Positions 18,701 through 27,943 are shown, numbered from the stretch's first letter. The stretch is DNA of 64,000 bases from Angelvirus px29 (IMGVR_UViG_2700988902_000001:11520-75519), one strand, 5' to 3'. A program made the numbers and translations. The notes: generated by a model from the letters alone, not told the origin.

Positions 18701-18795
18701 TAGTGGAACAGTGCTGGGATAGATACGGATGCCAGAATTCCGATAATCGCAACAACAACCAACAGTTCAATCAGAGTAAAGCCTTTCATTTTCAT
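18700..18795 (-). CDS. Mini-ORF encoding a type IV prepilin-like N-terminal peptide (class III signal peptide + hydrophobic helix only)
   Basis: Hand translation gives MKMKGFTLIELLVVVAIIGILASVSIPALFH (31 codons, or MKGF.. from the second ATG). Canonical G|F cleavage site, E at +5, hydrophobic helix. SD GAGGA directly upstream. Stop TAA overlaps the ATG of the next gene (TAATG). Not in the ORF track (<60 aa). Confidence 0.55.
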   Translation of the reverse strand: MKMKGFTLIELLVVVAIIGILASVSIPALFH

Positions 18796-18852
18796 TCCTC
18801 GTTTGTTTTGATGTGTCCATCATAGCAGCACAAAAATCGGTGTCAAGGCACA

Positions 18853-18880
18853 AACAAAAAAAATCGCCCGAAGGCGATTT
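18853..18880 (-). terminator. Rho-independent terminator after nrdB
   Basis: Minus RNA AUCGCC-UUCG-GGCGAU followed by U8. Confidence 0.8.
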
Positions 18881-18882
18881 TC

Positions 18883-20013
18883 TTAAACTTCCAGTTCCTC
18901 AAAGAAATCTGCATCAAGTGTGGGATCAACTTGACCGATCAAATAGCTAGACAATTCTGCCTCTTGTGCAGCAACTTGAACGGAATCGGAGTTCAGCCAT
19001 TTGCGAATCCACGGCAGCGGATGTTTAATCGGTACGTTGACTTCATCCGGAACAGGCAAACCGACGGACCGCATACGACTACCAGTTAGATAATCGATGT
19101 AATCAATCATTTCGGCCAGACTCAATCCGGGAATACTTACGTTACCAAGCAAGTCTTTCGCCCATTCTTTCTCTTGTTCTGCTACCTCGATAAAAATAGA
19201 AACTGCTTTTGACTCAAGACGTCTAGCAATGTCAACCATTTCCGAGTCATCATCGCCGTTCTGCCAAGCACGAATGAGATACTGAGTCCCTTTCAAGTGC
19301 AATTGTTCGTCGCGAGCGATCAAGCGCATGATCTTGGCGTTACCTTCCATCAAACCACGCTCACCAAATGAGAATGTGCAAGCAAAGCTAACATAGAAAC
19401 GCATTGCCTCAAGAGCGTTTACGGCGTGCATTGCGAGATACATAGCTTCTTTTACATTGGTGAGCTGTGCAACTCTCAGCTCAGGAGAAAACACGGACTG
19501 ACGAAGCAGGTCGTAGGTTTTCAGCTCGCTAATCAGATCGTCGTAATACTGGGTTACAGAAGTTGCGCGAGCCATAATCTTGGCGTCAAGCAAGATCCTA
19601 TCAAAGACAGCAGACGGATCGACATACAGATTACGCATGATATGAGTATAAGAGCGACTGTGAATTGTCTCACTAAAACTCCAAGTCGTGATCCAAGTCT
19701 CAAGCGCAACATCAGAGACGATTGGCAAGAATACCAAGTTTGGTGCGCGACCTTGAACAGAGTCGAGCAGACTTTGATATTTCAGATTCTGAGTGAACAC
19801 ATATTGTTCTTGTTCGCTCAATCGAGAGTAATCAATCGCATCCTTAGACAGATCGACTTCCTCTGGTCGCCAGAAAAATGAGAGCGAACGTTCCGTTAAT
19901 TTATCAATCGCTGGGTGTTTTACTGTTTCATATCTGGCTAATCCCATTGCTTCGCCCAAGAACAACGGAGCTTTCATATGATCAACTACATTTTTATTAA
20001 ATACGGTATCCAT
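18883..20013 (-). CDS. nrdB: Ribonucleotide reductase small subunit (class Ia beta)
   Basis: 376 aa. Di-iron/tyrosyl radical R2 fold residues. Synteny with nrdA. Confidence 0.9.
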   Translation of the reverse strand: MDTVFNKNVVDHMKAPLFLGEAMGLARYETVKHPAIDKLTERSLSFFWRPEEVDLSKDAIDYSRLSEQEQYVFTQNLKYQSLLDSVQGRAPNLVFLPIVSDVALETWITTWSFSETIHSRSYTHIMRNLYVDPSAVFDRILLDAKIMARATSVTQYYDDLISELKTYDLLRQSVFSPELRVAQLTNVKEAMYLAMHAVNALEAMRFYVSFACTFSFGERGLMEGNAKIMRLIARDEQLHLKGTQYLIRAWQNGDDDSEMVDIARRLESKAVSIFIEVAEQEKEWAKDLLGNVSIPGLSLAEMIDYIDYLTGSRMRSVGLPVPDEVNVPIKHPLPWIRKWLNSDSVQVAAQEAELSSYLIGQVDPTLDADFFEELEV

Positions 20014-20039
20014 TTTTATTCCTTGTTATAGGGGCCGAA

Positions 20040-20055
20040 GCCCCTAGTGATAGAC
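20040..20055 (-). other. UUCG-tetraloop hairpin between nrdA and nrdB
   Basis: AGGGGC-UUCG-GCCCCU, no U-tract. Likely a processing/stability hairpin. Confidence 0.45.
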
Positions 20056-20061
20056 TTGATA

Positions 20062-22332
20062 TTAGACCTTGCACGTCTCGCATTCGGAAGAAGTATCTTC
20101 TGTGCCGTCTGCACCATCGCGGGTGTTTGAATAGTACATCGATTTAACACCATGTTTCTGTGCTCTTGACATATCTTTCAATACGATTTTCATCGGGATT
20201 TTCTCACCCGGATACACAGCGGGATCATAGTATGTGTTAGCACTGATCATCTGGTCTACGAACTTCTGCATGATGGCAACAATGTCAAGATATCCTTTCA
20301 TGCCACGCTTAGTCATTTTCCAAGCGGTTTCGTATTCGCTACCAAGCATATCAACCTCTGGAACGAGTTGATTAAACACGCCATCTTTCGATTGCTTTGT
20401 GCTCATTAGAGCGCGAGGTGGCTCAATTCCGTTTGTGCTGTTGGTGATCTGTGAACTACTCTCACACGGCATAAACGCGCTCAGTGTGTCATTACGAAGA
20501 CCATATTTCTTGATCTCAGCTCGCAACCATTCCCAATCCATTTTCAGATCATTCGGAACGATATTGTCAACATTCTTGTTGTACCAGTCAATCGGTAATA
20601 GACCATCAGCCCACTTAGTCTTGTGATGCCATTCATTTGCGCCACGTTCTTTAGCGAGTTCCATAGACGCAACAAGATTAGCAAATTGCATCATTTCCAT
20701 GGTACGATGAACAAGCTTGTTCGCGTTGCCGCTTGAATAGTCAACAAAGTTCTTTGCTAAGAAATAAGCAAAGTTTGTTACACCAATCCCAAGTGCGCGA
20801 CGCTTTTTGGCAGCAAGTGCTTGAACAACAGGATAATCCTGATAGTCAAGCAAGTTGTCCAGTGCTCGAACAGCAGCGCGAGCAACATTCAAAAAGTCTT
20901 CGTAACTCTCGATTGCACCAAGATTATATGCCGCAAGAGTACACAAAGCGATCTCGCCGGAACCATCACGCTTAACCGGATATGTCGGCAACGCGATCTC
21001 AATACACAAGTTGGACTGACGAATTGGCTCTTTGTACGGAGTAGCCGAGTTCACGTTATCAATAAACATCGGATAAATTCGACCTGTGCCAGTACGCTCT
21101 TGCGCAAACAGGTTGAAGATCTCAGATGCTTTGATACGCTTTTTGCGAACAAACGGTTCTTCTTCCAGCATTTCGTACAACTCTTTGAACTTAACGGGAT
21201 CTTTATAGAACAGATCGTAAAGCTCGCCATTTTGAACATCAGGACTAAACAGCGTGATATAATCATCGTTTTTCAGACGTTCCCAGAACATTTTATTGAT
21301 TTGGATACCGTAGTCCAAGTGTCTGATTCGATTTTCTTCCACACCCTTGTTGTTCTTGAGCACAAGGATTTTTTCAACTTCAAGATGCCACATCGGATAA
21401 TACAGAGTAGCAGCGCCACCACGTACACCGCCCTGTGAGCAGCTTTTTACCGCAGTCTGAAAGTATTTCCAGAATGGGATAATACCAGTATGACGAACCT
21501 CGCCAGAACGAATTCTAGAGCCTTCAGCACGAATAGCACCACCATTGATACCGATACCAGCTCTCTTGCTGATATAGTCAACGATAGAACTAGCGGTTGC
21601 GTTAATGCTATCGAGTTCATCACCACTTTCAATCTTGACGCATGAGCTAAACTGACGGGTCGGAGTACGAACACCAGCCAGAATAGGAGTCGGAAGACTC
21701 AGCTTGCCAAGAGAAGTGACGTCATAAAAGTTTTTAACTTTAGCGAGTCTATCTGTTTTTTCGTCTTGATGCAAGCACATTGCAACCAGCATATAAAGCA
21801 TTTGTGGAGTTTCGTACAACTCTCCGGTACTGCGATCTTTCGCCAAATACTTTTCTTTGAACTGCATTACACCAGCATAAGCCAGATTAAAATCGCGTTC
21901 GTGAATGATATAGTTATTCAGCTCACTGAATTCTTCATCAGTCCATTTAGTAGCAAGATCCGGATCATAGATGCCATCTTGTACCAGTTCGAGCGTATGG
22001 CGTTTCAGATGCGGAGGATCAAACTGATTATATGCTTGTTTGCGCAAGGCATACATTTGCAGACGAGCCGCAACATACTGATAATCAGGTTGTTCAATAG
22101 AAATTCTGTCTGCGGCAAACTTGATTGCCAGCTTTTGAATGTCTTTTGTGCTCATACCGTTAGTGATAGACGACATGATACCACTCATGATCTCAATCGG
22201 ATCAATTCGTGTGCCAGTGGTAGCAAACGTGATTATGCGATAAAGTTTCTGTTTGTCAAAGCTTTCTGTAATACCACTTGATTTTCTTACTAACATGTTA
22301 CCTCGTTGTGTTTGTATGGAGGAGAGATACAT
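20062..22332 (-). CDS. nrdA: Ribonucleotide reductase large subunit (class Ia alpha)
   Basis: 756 aa. N-terminal ATP cone, catalytic core, C-terminal redox cysteines (..ECETCKV). Confidence 0.95.
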   Translation of the reverse strand: MYLSSIQTQRGNMLVRKSSGITESFDKQKLYRIITFATTGTRIDPIEIMSGIMSSITNGMSTKDIQKLAIKFAADRISIEQPDYQYVAARLQMYALRKQAYNQFDPPHLKRHTLELVQDGIYDPDLATKWTDEEFSELNNYIIHERDFNLAYAGVMQFKEKYLAKDRSTGELYETPQMLYMLVAMCLHQDEKTDRLAKVKNFYDVTSLGKLSLPTPILAGVRTPTRQFSSCVKIESGDELDSINATASSIVDYISKRAGIGINGGAIRAEGSRIRSGEVRHTGIIPFWKYFQTAVKSCSQGGVRGGAATLYYPMWHLEVEKILVLKNNKGVEENRIRHLDYGIQINKMFWERLKNDDYITLFSPDVQNGELYDLFYKDPVKFKELYEMLEEEPFVRKKRIKASEIFNLFAQERTGTGRIYPMFIDNVNSATPYKEPIRQSNLCIEIALPTYPVKRDGSGEIALCTLAAYNLGAIESYEDFLNVARAAVRALDNLLDYQDYPVVQALAAKKRRALGIGVTNFAYFLAKNFVDYSSGNANKLVHRTMEMMQFANLVASMELAKERGANEWHHKTKWADGLLPIDWYNKNVDNIVPNDLKMDWEWLRAEIKKYGLRNDTLSAFMPCESSSQITNSTNGIEPPRALMSTKQSKDGVFNQLVPEVDMLGSEYETAWKMTKRGMKGYLDIVAIMQKFVDQMISANTYYDPAVYPGEKIPMKIVLKDMSRAQKHGVKSMYYSNTRDGADGTEDTSSECETCKV

Positions 22333-22409
22333 TATACATCATTCATGGTTGATGTAAACATTTTACATCTTTAGATTTTTAAAAATCCCGACTTAACGGG
22401 ATTTCTTAT

Positions 22410-22877
22410 TTACTTTTGATTGTAATGATTATCAACGAACGTCATCACATTGAGCCAATGTCTAGCTAGTTCAAGCCTAGCTTCATAGTATTTTACATTA
22501 TTCCGGTAATAACGTTCTTCTGCATACTGCATTTGAGGACTACTACCGTCTTTGATGTCAATCAGAAACAAGTCGTTACATGTTTCTTTGTCCCAGTGTG
22601 GATACATCGCCATAAGCGAATCGACTCGCAGAATACTAGCCACTTCAAATCCAACATGATAGCAGATGCCACACGCAATTGTCTTGCGCGCCAAAGTTCG
22701 ATCTGAGATCTTATACAGTGTTTCCATTGCATCGGCATATCGATCAGGCTTTTCGATTCGCATTTTCAGCAAATCATAATACTTTGTCAGATCCGAGTTG
22801 TCCAGAAATTTCAGTTTCAGACGCTCGTTCTTGCTCATGAAAATGGATTTGATTTTGGTTTGCAGTGCAGTAAACAT
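22410..22877 (-). CDS. Hypothetical protein, paralog 1 of a tandem triplet
   Basis: 155 aa. Shares the C-terminal motif Y(Y/W)xxRxELAxHWLxV with the next two ORFs. Confidence 0.55.
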   Translation of the reverse strand: MFTALQTKIKSIFMSKNERLKLKFLDNSDLTKYYDLLKMRIEKPDRYADAMETLYKISDRTLARKTIACGICYHVGFEVASILRVDSLMAMYPHWDKETCNDLFLIDIKDGSSPQMQYAEERYYRNNVKYYEARLELARHWLNVMTFVDNHYNQK

Positions 22878-23338
22878 TAATTTATTCCTCTCGATAAGAT
22901 AATGCCAGTATACGCTTTTTTCTCGTTTTGATACTGCTCAATTACTTTCAGCCAGTGATTGGCAAGTTCGACACGCTTTTTGTAGTATTCAATCTCCTCC
23001 GCCGGTTTCATCAGAAGTTGAGAGAAATCATGGTATGCATGAATACCACCTTCAATCGGATAAACGTGATCACCACTAAAATATTTATAGTCGCGATTCG
23101 CATAACGCTTGAAAGCAAGATTCGCTAGTCCATTCATACAGACACACAGACCAAACCGGAGATCTTCCATATCCTTTGTGCTAACGCTTTTAAGAAAAAG
23201 AACATCACGCTTAAATCGTTCAGTGTCCATGAAAGCATCCAAGTGTTCAGTGAATGCTACTTTTTCGTGATCAATCGGTTCCGGTTTCTTGAACCAATTT
23301 CGAATCCAATTAAGCATCATTTTTCTCCAGACTAACAA
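22877..23338 (-). CDS. Hypothetical protein, paralog 2
   Basis: 153 aa. Motif ..YYKKRVELANHWLKVIE.. Start overlaps the stop of paralog 3. Confidence 0.55.
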   Translation of the reverse strand: MLVWRKMMLNWIRNWFKKPEPIDHEKVAFTEHLDAFMDTERFKRDVLFLKSVSTKDMEDLRFGLCVCMNGLANLAFKRYANRDYKYFSGDHVYPIEGGIHAYHDFSQLLMKPAEEIEYYKKRVELANHWLKVIEQYQNEKKAYTGIILSRGIN

Positions 23339-23870
23339 TGTTACTCAGAACCAGTTCAACGAATTTCACCCAGTGACAAGCCAATGATTTACGAGCTTCC
23401 CAGTATTCCGGATTAGTGTCATCAACTTCACCGCGACAGAACCGATTCTCTTGATTGTACTCTGCGATTGCTTGATCCAAATATTCTTCATTGATACGAC
23501 CGGACTCGGTAGTCTTATCAGAGTAAAGAACATAGCCACGCTGGCCACTCCAGTATTCGAAATCTTTGTTGATTTCTTTGGCAGTCAGATTGATAGGAAG
23601 CAAATCACACAGACCTTCCCGGCAATCATAACGGGTCAATTCACCAGTGATAACTTTCTTGAGAATTTCGCGAGCATCCTTCCATAGTTGAATTTTTTCA
23701 CTGGTATAGATTTGTTCAGCGTAAACTTTTGCAATGTTTTCCATGATATATCTCTCGTTTGTTGATGTAGCTATCTTAGCAGATTCGCAATCGGTGTCAA
23801 TTAGTTTCGGAAAGAAATTTGATATCTTCTTTTGCGTCTTCAATACGAAGATATTCGCCACGCAGAACAC
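23310..23870 (-). CDS. Hypothetical protein, paralog 3
   Basis: 186 aa. ..EYWEARKSLACHWVKFVE.. True start possibly the internal MENIAKVY. Confidence 0.5.
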   Translation of the reverse strand: MFCVANIFVLKTQKKISNFFPKLIDTDCESAKIATSTNERYIMENIAKVYAEQIYTSEKIQLWKDAREILKKVITGELTRYDCREGLCDLLPINLTAKEINKDFEYWSGQRGYVLYSDKTTESGRINEEYLDQAIAEYNQENRFCRGEVDDTNPEYWEARKSLACHWVKFVELVLSNIVSLEKNDA

Positions 23871-24024
23871 TATCCATTACCATAGCGGTAGATCGTTCGG
23901 TTTTGTCTTTGCTCTTGAGCATAGCGTTAATCTTTGATCTGATTTCAAATGCTTCTTCTAGTGTCATGATATTATCCTCTAAAACAATAAAGCCAGTCTA
24001 TAGAAGACTGGCCGTTATGTCAAA

Positions 24025-24510
24025 TCAATTATGAAGTTTTTTCATCTTTTTTGGCATTTCTTTGTTGAACACTTTGCAGAGTTCAGCCTTGGTCATGCCG
24101 TCGTTGTACGCGAAACCGTTTGCTTGTAACTCGGCAATCATTGTCGGTTTGTCTTGACGAGCGAAACGCTTTTTCAAATCTGGCAACAGTTTCGGGTGAA
24201 TGTCATTTTCTTTGGTATCTTGTTCGAGATACGATATCAAGGTTTTTAGTTGTGTGATGTAATCGACATTTCTAGACGCCAGACCAGATCGCATAAACTC
24301 ATGTCTAACCATACCTTCAAACTTGTTACAAAAGCAACACAGCAAACCGCGCACACGTCCAGCTTGCGGCCCATCTAATTCGTGATCATGATCAAGATGA
24401 TTTTTGTTAATCTCTTTATCAAGCTCACGCTTACAGAGAGGGCAAATGCCGTTTTGTGCATGGTACAGTTTTTCTTTAGCGGCATCATAGGTTTTCGGTG
24501 TCAACAGCAT
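24025..24510 (-). CDS. 49: Endonuclease VII, Holliday junction resolvase (gp49)
   Basis: 161 aa. CPLCKREL..NHLDHDHELDGPQAGRVRGLLCCFCN matches T4 endo VII CLICQREL..NHLDHDHELNGPKAGKVRGLLCNLCN (zinc site + H-N-H). Confidence 0.9.
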   Translation of the reverse strand: MLLTPKTYDAAKEKLYHAQNGICPLCKRELDKEINKNHLDHDHELDGPQAGRVRGLLCCFCNKFEGMVRHEFMRSGLASRNVDYITQLKTLISYLEQDTKENDIHPKLLPDLKKRFARQDKPTMIAELQANGFAYNDGMTKAELCKVFNKEMPKKMKKLHN

Positions 24511-24546
24511 AGAGTCATTTCCATTAGTGAATATGACTCTATTTAG

Positions 24547-25452
24547 TTAGAAGTCACCGAACAGATCGGTCAACCCTTTATCTCGATTGAATTCGTCAAG
24601 AGTTTTTAGCCATTTCATCGTCTCGTTTTCTTCGAGATCTTTTATCTCGGCGTCGAAGTCAAGAGATTTTGATTTAGCTTTCGCTAGATTAGCATAGTTA
24701 TCTTCGCCTCTCCACTTGAACATCAGATAAGCTCTCGCGTACATTCTCGGCGGATAAGTGAATTCTCGATAGTCTATGCCTTTGCTATACTCGGGATAAG
24801 GCAATTTTTCTTTCTTGCACTTTACCTTTCTGTCTAGCCAATAAATGTAGCGATAAGTTTTGACATCAAACCACTTGCATTTATCATCGAGAAGCATTCT
24901 CCAACGTTCGAGCATAGAACCCGGTCGTTTTGTGTTCTCGAACGGAACATGATGAAACACTTCTCCGGTTTCGGTGTTCTCGGCAAATAGAGTTTGATCG
25001 AAACCGTAGTAATCGAAATTCGATGCTTTGTAGATTGTACCACAACCAAGTCTACCATCAGCAAAGCTTTGAATTGCTTTGATATGAGGATAACACTTGC
25101 GAATGATTTTAAATGACGCACCGAGCATAGTGGTTTCGCCATTATGCCCGATACTATCATCAATCCACAATCGATTCAACTCGATTATGTTATTTGATTC
25201 AAGTTCATCTGAAATTGATTTGTAAGAACCCGGGTTCATCAGATTCCCAAACACAGCAACCCCAAGAAGAACATCATCACGAAACACGCCAATGTTCACT
25301 ATTCCAAACGAGGTATTCCACTTTTTCGAGTAATGATTTTTCTCAATCATTTCTCTTGCAACGTCTCGGTCTACTTCCATGAATGTCAACAGACCGTTAT
25401 TTTTTGTTTGTTTGTGTATAACGTATTTCATTACTCTCCTTATGCTTCCCAC
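24547..25452 (-). CDS. Hypothetical protein with sliding-clamp-binding C-terminal tail; possible acyltransferase-like (Mom/GNAT-like) fold
   Basis: 301 aa. The C-terminal nonapeptide GLTDLFGDF is almost identical to the gp43 C-terminus SLTDLFGDW. N-terminal ..EKNHYSKKW..GV..VFGN.. and ..SFADGRLGCGTIYKASNFDYYG.. are reminiscent of acyltransferase-fold families. The fold assignment is tentative. Confidence 0.55.
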   Translation of the reverse strand: MGSIRRVMKYVIHKQTKNNGLLTFMEVDRDVAREMIEKNHYSKKWNTSFGIVNIGVFRDDVLLGVAVFGNLMNPGSYKSISDELESNNIIELNRLWIDDSIGHNGETTMLGASFKIIRKCYPHIKAIQSFADGRLGCGTIYKASNFDYYGFDQTLFAENTETGEVFHHVPFENTKRPGSMLERWRMLLDDKCKWFDVKTYRYIYWLDRKVKCKKEKLPYPEYSKGIDYREFTYPPRMYARAYLMFKWRGEDNYANLAKAKSKSLDFDAEIKDLEENETMKWLKTLDEFNRDKGLTDLFGDF

Positions 25453-26021
25453 TTCAGGATTTGATGCGTTTCGATATATTTGATGTTTGATTTCACCATT
25501 TTGTCGTTTTTATGCATATACCAGTTGCCGTTTTTGTCATAAGCATAGATTAGCCCAGTCTGACCCATAAACAGCATTGCATTCGATGATGGGTTATTAG
25601 TAAACGATGTATAACTAATGATCCCACCTTGTTCCATGAATCCCTGAACAAAGCCTATGAATCGAGTAACAACACGACTCGGCGGAATACCATTTTCTTG
25701 ACTCATGATTCGAAGTGGGAAATTGCGACCAATTGCAATCTCTTTCTGACGTTTTACATCGGCACCGACCCAGATTTTGTCGTCTTTCAGTATCAGATTA
25801 ATCGGACTCGAATACTCACTATTGATCCAGCTATCACCTTTCAGATGATAAAACTTAGCAGTGACATCCATATCACCGATTGTCATGAAAAACGTGGCTG
25901 CTTTTGCTTTCGAATCAAACTCAACAAGTCGGCAGCGTTTGCTTTTGATGATAGTATAATCACCAACACACAACTCTCGGTATTGATCTTCTGGCTTTGC
26001 GATTTCTTCAATTACAAACAT
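25440..26021 (-). CDS. Hypothetical protein
   Basis: 193 aa ORF, tightly packed. Confidence 0.5.
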   Translation of the reverse strand: MFVIEEIAKPEDQYRELCVGDYTIIKSKRCRLVEFDSKAKAATFFMTIGDMDVTAKFYHLKGDSWINSEYSSPINLILKDDKIWVGADVKRQKEIAIGRNFPLRIMSQENGIPPSRVVTRFIGFVQGFMEQGGIISYTSFTNNPSSNAMLFMGQTGLIYAYDKNGNWYMHKNDKMVKSNIKYIETHQILKWEA

Positions 26022-26542
26022 TAATCATATCTCCATGGCAAATCGAGTACATGTTCCAGACTACCGTCATTGGTAGAGTAGAGTTGAACGGCTTCATAAT
26101 CGCCAGATTCAACAGCGATAGCATAGTGCGCCATGCCTTTGTTGTCAATCAAAATCAAACAAGGATCTGCTTCTATGATGCCAATTCGCACACCCTCAAC
26201 TTTAGAGCTGATTTTATCCCATAGCAGTGTGATCCCAGTTTCGGCAACAACTTTCATTTCATCAACAAAATCACCAACATTAATCACGCTGCGATTAGTA
26301 TAGAAAAGCTCTTCGTTTTCGATTGTATAGTCGGACATATGAATTAGATACATCGGGCGACCAATCGGATCTTTTGCATTGCGCCAGCGTCCATTTTCAA
26401 ACACGAGTTCGGAATAAGCGATTTCTCCGATTGTGATCTTGATTGAGTTCGATGTTACCTCAGTCAAAACACCTTGCAGTCCTTTTACACGAACAACATT
26501 GCCGATTTCAACTTTTTTCTTGTCTTCTGAATAACGAAACAT
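26021..26542 (-). CDS. Hypothetical protein
   Basis: 173 aa ORF. Confidence 0.5.
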   Translation of the reverse strand: MFRYSEDKKKVEIGNVVRVKGLQGVLTEVTSNSIKITIGEIAYSELVFENGRWRNAKDPIGRPMYLIHMSDYTIENEELFYTNRSVINVGDFVDEMKVVAETGITLLWDKISSKVEGVRIGIIEADPCLILIDNKGMAHYAIAVESGDYEAVQLYSTNDGSLEHVLDLPWRYD

Positions 26543-26543
26543 G

Positions 26544-27116
26544 TTAACCCCGATATTGATTGACTACACAGATATGGGTATTGTTAATGAACATACGGCC
26601 TTCCGAGTCCGGTTCTACAAAGTAGAGTGTTTGTCCAGTTGCAACAATAACACGCTCTTTACCGTCTTCGGTTTTCACCACAATAGCGTTTCTTTCGGAC
26701 TTGCAGTTATGAAAAATGATCTCGTTTTTAGACATACCAAACGAGCCCACAGCCATCACCACACCCTTGTAATAGATAGACTCGACGCAGAAGTCGATAA
26801 TCTCACCAGCAGCGATTGGCTGCTTTATACCGTAATCATACAGCATACCAAGACTCATGCCATAGCGAGAGTTCACACCGCTACCAGTAATTTCGTGACC
26901 GCGTATGTCATACGTCGCGTCCGGGTGATACATTCGATAACGATATGATTTGGAAGTCAGTTGATAAAAAACAACTTCTACCTTTTCTCCCGTCTCTGAG
27001 TTAGTCAGATAAACTTTCTTGTCTTCAATTTTGTCGATAGTCAGGAGTTCGTCGCGATGCAAGCGAATCGAATCACCAACGGTCAGACGCTTTGGGTTAA
27101 CAATTTTACAAATCAT
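26544..27116 (-). CDS. Hypothetical protein
   Basis: 190 aa ORF. Confidence 0.5.
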   Translation of the reverse strand: MICKIVNPKRLTVGDSIRLHRDELLTIDKIEDKKVYLTNSETGEKVEVVFYQLTSKSYRYRMYHPDATYDIRGHEITGSGVNSRYGMSLGMLYDYGIKQPIAAGEIIDFCVESIYYKGVVMAVGSFGMSKNEIIFHNCKSERNAIVVKTEDGKERVIVATGQTLYFVEPDSEGRMFINNTHICVVNQYRG

Positions 27117-27286
27117 TTATTCATTCTCATTTCACGTTTAAGGCGTTCGATACGCTGTTTAATAGCGATACCGTCGGGAGTACACACAGAAGCACCAGAA
27201 GCGGTATGAATCTGCATAGAGTACACATTGATTTTGATCATCGGCTTGTACTTCATACGATTAAGCAGACGCTTCAAGTAATTCAT
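27113..27286 (-). CDS. Hypothetical small basic protein
   Basis: Probable start MNYLKRLLNRMKYK. The track ORF extended to 27340 would run into the structured element. Confidence 0.35.
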   Translation of the reverse strand: MNYLKRLLNRMKYKPMIKINVYSMQIHTASGASVCTPDGIAIKQRIERLKREMRMNK

Positions 27287-27344
27287 GATTATCTCCTCAG
27301 TTGAATACCAGTAGTATAGACGTTTCCGATATGATGTCAACTAA

Positions 27345-27485
27345 AAAATGTCGCGCCAGCGACTGCGGAGCTAACTCATTGTAACCTAATGAGAAGAGAA
27401 GATAGATCTTCATTAAAGGTATATAAGGAACTTTATCTTCTCTTCTTTTAACATTTAGCGGCAAAGCCGCAGTGCTACGCACATT
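27345..27485 (-). ncRNA. Repeated structured intergenic element, copy B
   Basis: 13-bp stem GAGAAGAGAAGATA/TATCTTCTCTTCT with a loop holding TATATA, then TTAGCGGCAAAGCCGCAGTG..GCACA. Closing helix AAATGT...ACATTT; GACTGCGG pairs with CCGCAGTG. Confidence 0.4.
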
Positions 27486-27943
27486 TAGTATCTTAGATTG
27501 AAGCGAGTTAACACAATGTTATTGGTACTATAATCTAATGTGATGTTATACCAGCGACCATACTCGGTACATACATTGCTATAACCGATCTTACAATTCG
27601 GACTTGCCCATTGCAGAGTGTTGGCAATGCCTTGATCTGTTCTATCTGAACTCATTTTGACCAGCACATTTTTACCAGTGTTTACTATGCAACCGCTACT
27701 AATGAAATCTTGATCGAACTCTTGTGGCTTAATCTCGATGTCAATCTTGCGAATAAAGCGCATAGGCATAGGCACCTCAGCATCCTTTAGCTTTAGCATG
27801 ACACTGTATTCAGCTAGGATATCAGCCTCCAAAACGCGATTGGTAAGCTGTGAGTGATACAGCTCGATTACTTGTTCTTTCGATAGATCTGGTTTATTTT
27901 CGAATTCATAGAAATCAACCATGTTTATAATTTGTACTCTCAT
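27485..27943 (-). CDS. Hypothetical protein
   Basis: 152 aa ORF. Confidence 0.5.
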   Translation of the reverse strand: MRVQIINMVDFYEFENKPDLSKEQVIELYHSQLTNRVLEADILAEYSVMLKLKDAEVPMPMRFIRKIDIEIKPQEFDQDFISSGCIVNTGKNVLVKMSSDRTDQGIANTLQWASPNCKIGYSNVCTEYGRWYNITLDYSTNNIVLTRFNLRY

